NCBI GenBank assembly: GCA_009103225.1
Contig: RHPI01000260.1
Coordinates: forward strand, 444,203 to 508,202
DNA length: 64,000 nucleotides
Direction: 5' to 3'
DNA from: Chlorokybus atmophyticus
Taxonomy: Eukaryota > Plantae > Mesostigma and Chlorokybus algae
Shown piece by piece: positions 54,331 to 64,000 of this stretch; the first letter of the stretch is position 1, and every line of letters starts with the position of its first letter. The notes under the pieces are model-generated. The model ran no database searches. It saw nothing but the letters and a program-made list of their open reading frames with translations, and had not been told where the DNA came from. A program made the position numbers and the translations under genes.

Positions 54331-56990
54331 CTAGATCCCCCTGCGATGGTAGAACAGGACGTACACGGCCGGGCTTTGTATGGACGCCGGCGACACTGGC
54401 GTCACGGTTGAGTCGTTGTAAGTATACCACTTGCCGTCGTCCGCGTTCCGGCAATGCGCCGTGTAGTGCCCGCTACGCAACGAACCCGTGTGGTTTGACA
54501 CCGCGTACAAGTCGTACACGAGGCCGCCGGCGCCACACGACTTGGGGGCACACTCGCTGCAAGAAACAGATAATTAGGTATGTTACTCTTCTAGTCCCCA
54601 TTGCTACACAGGTATCCAACTTGTATCATCCCTCACCTGATGTAGTTGGACATGTCCAGTCCTTCAGTGGGGAAGCGCACGGGCGTGCAGTCCTTCATGA
54701 AGTTGGAGAAGCCAGAGCCAGATATGCGCTGCAAGTCCACGTGAAAGAGACAGTCAACCACCTCGCTACAACATTCCAACGATTTGTTGGAGGACTGCAC
54801 GCGTACCTTGATGTGGAGAACCAACACGGGCGGGAACTGCACTATGCTCATTGTCTTGGTGCTCGGCCTCGACATCTGTGGTAAGCATCACATCAGCGCC
54901 CGTGACACAACAACCACAACTTTCCCGACAACACTTTCTCCCTCTCTCACCTTGCAGTGTTCGCATCGGTACTCGTTGGGTCCCTCCAGCTGCTCCTCCG
55001 CCATGAAGGCGTCGATGCAGTCCGTGAGCAGCGTGGACCCTGACGTGCTCCCCCCCTGCGCCTTCTTCGGGATCGGGAGGGACAGGTCCAGGAACGGGTC
55101 GAAACAGTGGGAGGCCTTGTGGCAAACGAGACAACGGATCGTGCTCTGCAACTGCCCGCAAAAGATGTCCTGCACGGGGCTGTCGTGACGGCTGCGGTGG
55201 TAATCCCAAGCCTCCTTGGCTTGAGCCGTCGCGGAGCCGCAACCGGCCAGCTCGCGATATGCTGGCGCAACCTGAACAAGACATGAGAATGTGTTGCATG
55301 CATCAGGGATAAGGACAATGTCCTACAACAGTGCAATGTTGTGTGGTGGAGCACAGCATATTGCAGTACAACGAGCAGAGTACAGCATGCTGTAGCATAG
55401 TGCAACAAAACCACATCTTACAAGTACATTACAGTTCTAGTGTGTATGTGTACTAGTACAGTAACGTATCCAAGTATGACATAACACACATCATGTAGTG
55501 ATCAAGTAAAATGATGCCGTGCAAACAGCACTTTACACACGCTGTTCGGTTTCCCTGCTTGTCATGTATATCAATCCTCACCTGAACTCGGTTGCATTCA
55601 ACGTGTAGTCCATCCAGCAGCGCCCTCAGAAACTCCTGGCTATCATGTTGCCTATACCCTCCAAACGCCGGCGCCCACCTCAACACTCTCTCCAGAAATG
55701 CATCCGGTGAAACTGCACTCTCCCCGCAGCCCATATCAGCGCCTTCTTGAGACCAAAGAGCCCTAAGAAGCGCCGCAAAGGAGGCCGCGAGTCCATGAGA
55801 AGAGGTCTTCTTTGATGATGAGCGTTGGGTGGGTGTGGGTGGGTTTGTTGTCAGAAAATGAGCGGCTAAGGGTGTGGTGTTGCTGAGACATTGGAGACAG
55901 GAGTTCATGAAACACGTGTTGCCGAGGTTGTTCAGACCCACGCGTGCACGGGGAGGAGGTCGAAGAGAAGAAGAAGTTGATAGAGTGTTGCATGGTGGGA
56001 GGGTGGCTAAGGTCCTGTCGCCGATGGTGATCGTGTTGTTGGTTCTTCTGTTGAGTTCGGAGGAGAACACGATGTTGTCCTGCTGCTCGCCGTCGCTTGA
56101 GGTTGGGGAGGAGGAGAGAGACGAGGATTGTGATAGCGTGGATGTGGGTATGTTGTCTCCTCGTGTTGTTCTGGTCTCGCGTGCGGGGAGGTCCGGCTCG
56201 GAGTAGTGGCCTCGAGCGAGCTTGGATATAGGCTTGAGCGCGGACGATATCAGAGGCTGGCTACCACCGGAGGCAACAACCTTACCGGGACGCGGCAACA
56301 CACTCGGACTCGACGGTGTGGACACACTGTCCGCAGGCACAGTCAAACCCCGCTCGGCTAACCGCAAGCGCCGCACCTCTGTGATAATTGTGCGTGTTAT
56401 GACTCACCTCTTGCAGATCACATGCATGCTCAAGTGCTCAGACAGCATGCATCTGGGTAAAGGTAAAGTGAACAATGGATGCAACAACAACAACGTGCCT
56501 GCAGCAACGGAGCTGGTTGAGAGGCCCTCGTTAGGCTCTGCGCCATTCGTCCTACGCACGCGCAGTTTCTGCTCAAGCTTATGTTTCGCTCGCGCATCCT
56601 GTTTCAGTGGTCAAGTGCATGATTAGCTGATAGATGTGAGCCGCGCATGCATACACTTGATCTCCCCCCACCCCACCCCCACCCACCCCCACCCTACCCC
56701 ACCCAAAAACAACACACACACTCACACATGCACGCACACGCGCGCACACACACACGCACCTGAACGGCGGAGCGATCAATGCGTGCGAACTCCGCAGAAG
56801 TGGGTGACGAGGCAGACGAGGTCGATGGTGAGTTTGACAAAGAAGAAGGGTTAGGGACTTGGCCGCCGCGCACGGACATGTTACAAAAGGGGTGCACGCG
56901 GGCGCTGCCTTGCCCGTGTGAGGGTGCTGATACAGTTGTTGATGTTGATGTTGTTGTCACCAACTTGTTGGGATACTCGTCACGACAACG
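54331..56990 (-). CDS. Ubiquitin-specific protease (peptidase C19, USP2/8-like), multi-exon; N-terminus unresolved
   Basis: Cys box GLNNLGNTCFMNSCLQCL; QHDSQEFLRALLDGLH; DIFCGQLQSTIRC..C; FLDLSL; YRCEHC; PVLVLHIK; His box YAVSNHTGSLRSGHYTAHC..WYTYND. Confidence 0.93.
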
Positions 56991-57930
56991 GTAACGCTTG
57001 CTGGCTCGAATACGTCTCCCGCCACTCACTACACCACACACCTCCCCGCCCTCTACCACTACCCCCCTCCCCCATATGCACCCCTCACCCAAACGCCTCA
57101 AAGGCTTGCCCAACACCCACCACTGCAACACAACACAAGGATCAGTTCCAATGTTGCACCCAAACCTTTCTGGTCGATAGCGTTATTATTGGTAGCTGTG
57201 GTACACACGTTGTATCTGTGACTAGTGTACTACAGTTAAAAATGTATCTGAGCAGTCATGCATTCTGGTAGTGTGTTGGCACTTATTTTGCAGTACCAAG
57301 GCAAGGGAGACAGGAGACAAGGTTCTAGTCAAGTACCTGACGTAGGATCCAGCGGAGGACGGCCAGGAGGCCCAGGGCCTTGCCAACCCTGTGGCGCAGG
57401 GCAAGCAGGCAGCCGCCCTGCCGCCCCCGCCTCCCTCGCCGCGGAATGGTGCCACACTCCTCCTACACCTTCACCGCCTCCTACACCGCCGCCGCCCTGC
57501 ACGCACCCCACCACCAGGCCAGGGCCTGGCCAGGCGGCCGCGGGGGGGAGGGGGAGGGGAGGGCGCACCAGGCCACAGCAGAGACAGTGTGCGGAGAGTC
57601 AAAGTCACACACACTGACACTGTCGCCACCCCGCTCAGCAACGCCTACGCCCTAACCGCCGCCACCCCTCGTCCACTCGCCACTGGCACAGCCCTCCCTG
57701 CGTCACGTGCGTGCCTCAACGCCCAATCTCAGCCCAGTCCGTTAGACCAGACCAGGCTGCACGAACCAGGCCGCTGCTTCCTCAGTCAAAGGGCTCCGAT
57801 CGGGGTCGGTGGTGATTGGAAGCCCGATCTGGATGCAAAGTCTGTTGTGATTCGTTTGTTGTTACGCGCGCGCGCGTCATGCATGATAGAGAAGTAGTGC
57901 GTGATGAGCGTGAGCGTGATGAATATTGAT

Positions 57931-57974
57931 GTCACGTGACTTAGGGTTGTTGATAGCTCGGTGTGCCACGTGGC
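57931..57974. promoter_or_regulatory. Two 10-bp palindromic CACGTG (G-box/E-box) sites
   Basis: GTCACGTGAC at 57931-57940 and GCCACGTGGC at 57965-57974, just upstream of ATG 58006. Confidence 0.5.
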
Positions 57975-58005
57975 GTGCCAGGGGCGTTCTGCCGCCGCCA
58001 CCGCC

Positions 58006-61000
58006 ATGAAGAAGCCGCCGCCGGCAGTGGCGTCGGCGGTGAATCCGGCACCGTCGCCAGGTAGAAGTCGAGCGAAAGATGAGGTTAAAGAGAAGAAGAA
58101 AAGCAGCAGCAAGCGCCCAGAGCGCACACGCCATGGCGCAGATCCCCCGCCGCCGTTGCAGGTATTGTGGTCGTCATGGTTGTCATCATTGTCAGCGTCA
58201 CAGTTGGCGCATTTTTATCACCGCACAGGCTCTACCAGTAGCTGCCACATTGACAGAGGAGAGCCAGCACTCGCCACAGCACTCCCCAAAGGCTAAAAGG
58301 AAAAAGAAGAAAAAGAAGGAGAAGGATGCAAATCATGCCAATGCCGAACATGATGACGATGTCTCCAACGCCATTCCCGTCAAGCATGTCAAAGATGAAG
58401 TGCCCAGCAACATGCATCAAGTTGATAGGAGCCGCATGGAACGCAGGCGGTCATCAAATGATGCAACACCCGTGCCAGATGCAGGTTGGTAGCCATGTTG
58501 ATGTAACGACTCTAGGCAGGGAGATTGATGAGTCTTGCGTTCATCAGTGTTGTTTCATCTGCATGCCATGTGGTACAGATTCAACGTCCCGTCGTGCATC
58601 CTCCTCGAGGGATTCAATTGCTGCAACAGGAGTTTCATCCTCACGGCCGCCACCCGCAGCCACCAGAACCAAAGAGGCTTTTGCCTCCAACCCCATTCCC
58701 AACACCACCAACCCCAACCCCAACACCAACAACAACACCAACAACAATGGCGCTACCAACGCGCGTAGGCGTTCTCGGCCCGATGACATCACCAACCCAA
58801 CATCATCCTCTTCGCGCAAAAGCGCGCGCGAGGAGCCCACACTCAACCGCTGGGACGACACCAACACCAACAACCCTCTCTCACCCGGTTCAAACCTCCG
58901 CGCCTTCGTCTCAGTCGAGAACAAAGGCAGATTAATCGATACAATCACCGAGGCCTTCACCGCATGCGCGACCCAACAACACGAGGCCACATTACTCGAA
59001 CTCGGCCCCGACGACACAACAACAACCACCCACCCACCCATACGCGTATCAAGACTAAAACTGCTTGAAGTGCTGAGCAGAACCAGCAGCCAGCTCATGA
59101 GCGAAGCGGTGGACAACATGCGTAGAGACAAGCGGGACCACCTCGCGCTCATGGACGTGGTGGAGTTTCTACCTGGGGTGGGCGCTGATGTGAGGGAGGA
59201 GCTTGAGAAGAGAGGGAGTGGTGTTGTGGGTGGGGGTGGGGGAGGTGGTAATGTTGGCGTGAGTGGGGGTGTGCCCGCGAGTATGGTTGCGAGAGAGTTC
59301 GGGAGTGAGTTGGAGGAGCACTGTGGAGGAAGCGCCCAACTAATCGTGAGCGGGGGAATGGGTACGTGAGACTACTGTTGTTGTTGTTGTTGTTGTTGTT
59401 GTTGTGTCCTTGTCGATGATGGTGATGATGATGATGTTCTTGTTTGGCAGGTGCATCCAAGGTCAGGCCAACAGTGCAGCGTTTCTGGCCCAGTTTCCTT
59501 GCCAGAAACGCCGCAGCCAGCAGTAGTAGCAGTGATCACAGAGACGTTTTCGAGGGCACGGTGGGTCACGACTACCTCCTCAACGACGTGCAGGTGCTCG
59601 ACCTGGCCACCTTTGCGTGGACTCGACCGCAGATACCCAACGCAAACATCCTTCCGCAACTCACAGGTGACGAGATGAGATAACTCGCTCTCAACTCCTC
59701 CTTGTGGGTATCCTAGCTCACCCTCTTCCCATGCACACACTCAGGGCACACGCTTACCGTCCTTCCCGTTCGCATCCACATCCAACCCAACAACAAGCCC
59801 GTCGTCACGGGCGGCCTTGGCCACCGATTCACTCCTACGTTTGTCCAGGTTAGACACCCACCCACCCACCCACCCACCCACCCGCACACACTAACTCTTA
59901 TATCTCCATTCAGCATGGTGGTGTTGACATGCGTTCGCTGCTGAGGCACGCCGCCGCCTCGGCCAGGGCCGCCGGCGTGGTCGTCGCTGCCCCGGACGTA
60001 GGAGGGGAGGCGGCTGCTGCTGTCGCGTCGGGGCGAGCTATCGTGGAGGGCGTCGTGAATGGGTGGAGACGGAGCGTGCAGAGCGACGGTGAAGGTGGGG
60101 AAGGGGAAGGTTTTGGGTTGAAGCTATTGTGCGTGTGTGAGCATGTGTGCGAGCGTGCTCGAATCGCATGCAGTTACATGTGCGTGGGTGGGTGTATGTG
60201 CGCATGCGCATAAGGACTTTGGTTACGTGTGCATGCACGGATGTGTGCGTGTTGATGGGTGCGCGCGTGTGTGAGTGAGTGAACGACGCGACCGAAACGT
60301 ACAACCATGTTGCAGGATATGTTGATGAAGCAGAGGTATCAAGCCTCCTCGCCTCCCTCCTTCCGGCCGCCCCCTCTCACGCCCTCCGCATCCTCAAGCG
60401 CGCCGACCACATCACCCCTCCCCTCAACCCAAACCCCAACACCCACCCCACCTCCATTCTTCGCGAAGCGGACGCCCTCGCCTCCGCCCTCGCCCACGAC
60501 GACCACCTCGCCTCCCACATCCACACGGTGTTACGCGCATCAGAGTCACACACACCTTCTGATGCGGATATCTTCCACCTGCATCTGGAGGCGGTGCTAT
60601 CGCCGTCAGTGGTGGGTGGTATCGCTGAAATCGAGCGGGTGAGGGCGGATATCGCCATGGATGAGGTGGCTGTGTCGACGGCGTGGGTTGATGTTAAACC
60701 AACAATGAGGTGGGAGGCCTCGCTGCGAGTGGGTGGGGGGAACAGGAATGTGTTTGCGGAGGTTGTGGACAAGAAACGGACGGCGAATTTGAGAGTGAGA
60801 CTGGTGGGAGTGGGAAGTGGTGGCAAGGAAGTTGAGCTAGGCAATGCGGAGGTACGGAGTTTGTGCTGATGGAGTGTTTCCATAACGAAGTGCGTGTGTG
60901 CAGCGCGCTTGTGCTCGCTTGTGCTCGCTTGTGTGCATGTGCATTCAGATGTTGGGGACAGTTGTAGCCATGTTGATACCAGCATCCGCGTACACACACA

Positions 61001-62024
61001 CTCGCACGCGCTCATTGATGCCGCATGCGCACACGTACACGCACGCACACTCACTCTTTCCCTCCACCCCTCAGTCCTCCCTGTCTCCCTTGCTCTCCTC
61101 CACCCTCTCCGCCCACTCCCTCTCCCTTCCCTTAACCCATCCCTATGCCACACCCTCCCAACTCCGCCTCACCGCCTTCGCCTGCCCCGCCCTGCGCGCC
61201 CTCCAGCGTGATCGCAACAGCGGCACGACCGTGGACGGCTTCCAGCTGCTGTGTGTCGGAGGAATGACCAGGGGTGGTGAAGACGACACCAAGACTGATA
61301 CTGAGGGGTCGAAACGGCTTGAAGGGGAAAGCAGGAGCTACGTGTTTGATGCTGTGAGGAGCGCGTGGTCGGTGGCAAAGGTAGGTGTGGGGAGCGATGT
61401 GGGGACATTGTGTTTGTTGGTGTGCGTGTGTCCGCGCGCATGCACATACGCACGGGCGTGCCTGGGTAAGTGTTTGCGAGTGCATTAGGGAGTGCACATA
61501 GGATTGCGATAACAGTGCATGTAGATGCGTGTGTGCGTGTGTGTGCGTGCGTGAAAGCGTGCGTGTGCACGCTTGCGTGCAAGCACTTGTGTGCGTGCTT
61601 GGTTGTGAGTCTGTATGCGCATGTATGTGCTTGGTTGCGCATGTATGCAACTGAGCAGCGAGTAAGATGTCGCCAACTGGACACTGCATGTCACAGTTAT
61701 CAGGTTCAGGACCACCACCGTCCTGGGGCCACACGGCCGTGCGCGCTGGTAGCAACCACGTGTACGTCTTTGGCGGTACAGACGGTTCTCACATCTTCGC
61801 TGACTCTCACTTCCTCCACGTAGCATCCGCATCCTGGACAACACACACGACAATGATCAGAGGCGCATCCCCGCGTGCGCGACACTCGCACACGGCCACG
61901 CTGTTGACACCGTCGGTGTCTGAACTTACGAATGTCTGCGCGTGGGTGGTGGTGATGATGGGGAGAGGGGTGAAAGGAATGTTGGGGGATGTGAATGTGC
62001 TTCAAGTAGAGAGGAGTGATGGTG

Positions 62025-62059
<35 letters not shown>

Positions 62060-64000
62060 GGCATCAGCGCACAGTGGCTCAACCTGCCTGGCGCATCTGG
62101 ACACGCCCCCACACCAAGAAGGTACAACAACAACATCATCATCAGCAACAACAACAGTTACAGCAAGATAATCAGTCCCATCTACTGTGCAGTGGTCATT
62201 GTGCGGCGTCGGTGGCAGCCGTGGTGCCCAACACATGGCGCGTATACCTATTCGGTGGCCGCGCCATGTCCACCAGTAACTCCTCCAACACCCAACACGA
62301 CAACCAACATGCCGCCCTCACCAACGACGTGTTCTGCCTTAAGCTGACTCTCCAACAACATCAACAGCAACAGCAGGCGACCTTTGCGCTGGAGTGGCAA
62401 CGACTCGCGTGCGGGGGAGCCGTGCCGCCGGGGTGCGAGGGAGCTGCGATGAACGCTGTGGGACACAAGGTGTGTGTGTGTGTGTGTGCGCGCGTAACAA
62501 CACGCATGCCTGCATACCAAACTCCATCCTTGTCTTAGTGACAATGTTGAGGGTGGTGATGATGGTGATGTGTGCACAGTTGGTTGTGGTGAACGGGTGG
62601 GTTGGGACGGAGGCCGCTCCGTGGGTGCGTTCCTGTTACATCCTCGATACGAAGACCAACAAGTGGGTCGGGCTCGCCCTCCCCACCAACCACCCAAGGT
62701 GAGAAACCAACTCGCATGTATACATTGTGTGCGACACATACCCACATACCAACGCAGACATTGCCTACAGTGCGCGTGTCGGTCACGCCATGGCACTCGT
62801 GGACTACTCCAAGTCTTCTCCCTTACACGCCCGCCTGGTCCGCACCAACACTAACCACCACTCGGAGGAAGTCCTCACCCTCAACACGACCCTCACTCTA
62901 ACCGCGGGCGAAGAGTGCGTGTTACGCCTCCAACTGTTGGACAAACACAACGCACCCGCCCAGCGTTGCCCCGCGCACGTGTACCCGACACTCAACCCGA
63001 GCGATACGCGTGTTGGTGGCGTGAGCCAAGCTATTCCCATCAGGAGGGAGAGCGCGTGCGTGTTCACCCTCATCGTGCGTGTCCCAATTGTTGGGACATA
63101 CACACTCACTGTTGTTGGGGATGACAATGTGGTCTTCCCCAATGCGGGTGTTGTTGTGCGTGTCAACCCGGGACCGACGCACCCGCCGGCGTGCGCGGCG
63201 ATCGGCGTGGGACTCGTGAGGTGCGTCGCGGGAGGCGTGGCGAGATTCGCTATTGTGGCTAGAGACGCCTTTGGAAACTTGAGGGTAAGGTGGTGTACGT
63301 GTGCGTGTGCGTGCGCGCGTGCGTGCATGTGCGCACAAGTGCAAGCAGGTGTGTGCGCGTATATGCGTGCGTGCGTATGTGTGTGTGTGTGCGTATGTGC
63401 GCGTGCGTGCGTGTGTGCTTGCGCGTGGGTCTGCGCATGTGCGACCGTACGTACGTGCTCGCATGCGTCCGTGTGCGTGTCTGCGTATGGGATTTGCTTC
63501 TCTACCACGCCCGTCACAACTTGCAACAACAACAACAACAAACCCTCTCGCCACCCTTCCCAGGCCACCGGCGGCGATACCGTGGAGGCCCACATCCGCC
63601 CCTCCTCCTCCTCCTCCTCCTCCTCCTCCTCTTCATCCTGGGACCCCCTCCTCCTCAACGACTCCCTCACCGGCTCCTACACCTGCTCCTTCTCCCTCTC
63701 ACTCTCCACCCCTCACCTCCTCCGCATACTGATCAACCACCAGCCCCTCCTGGCCTCACCATACACACTCACAGTCACACCCGCCGCTACAGCACCTGAA
63801 AGGTGTACGGCGAGTGGGAGTGGGTTGGGTGGGGTGGTGAGGGCTGGGGAGGAGGGGAGGGTGAGTGTGAGGGTGAGGGATGGGAGGGGGAATGAGAGGG
63901 GGGAGGGAGGGGATACGGTGAAGATGGAGATAAGGGTGAGTTTGGGTGGGTGGATGGGTGGATGGGTGGGGGTGGGGGATGGAGTGCATGTATCTGATGG
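58006..64000 (+). CDS. Kelch-repeat protein with C2-like and filamin/Ig-like repeats, multi-exon, 3'-truncated by window
   Basis: Kelch motifs LLNDVQVLDLATFAW, GHTLT, PPPSWGHTAV..VYVFGG, PRARHSHTATLL, VYLFGG..LTNDVF, ARVGHAMA. Filamin-like GVGLVRCVAGGVARFAIVARDAFGN..GGDTVEAHI..TGSYTCSF. Strong gccgccaccgccATG context. Confidence 0.75.

Overview
Eukaryotic, intron-rich nuclear DNA, most likely from a green alga (chlorophyte). This is inferred from a nuclear, Chlamydomonas-type cytochrome c6, TGTAA motifs downstream of several stops, GT-AG introns with CTGAC/CTGAT branch sites and a standard genetic code. Bases 1-23.6 kb hold the 3' end of RPAP1/MINIYO followed by a rearranged array of armadillo (ARM)-repeat genes: three frameshifted pseudogenes on -, one apparently intact copy on +, and two inverted ARM-less 5' fragments. 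The array also contains an exact 724-bp RPAP1 duplicate, long CT/GA microsatellites and assembly gaps. Bases 24-64 kb hold ordinary multi-exon genes: cytochrome c6, RluD-type pseudouridine synthase, a PZP (PHD + extended PHD) protein, MutS2 without an evident Smr domain, ALDH3, ATG6/Beclin-1, HMG-CoA synthase, a ubiquitin-specific protease and a partial kelch/C2-like/filamin protein. The most notable unannotated signals are: (i) two tandem intronic box C/D snoRNAs in HMGS with an 18S rRNA guide; (ii) a cluster of 10 GTAC copper-response cores upstream of cyt c6; (iii) a hidden, synonymously conserved basic terminal micro-exon (KRRRSR*) of the ARM family beyond a microsatellite-filled intron. 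Exon boundaries were read by eye; no database searches were run.
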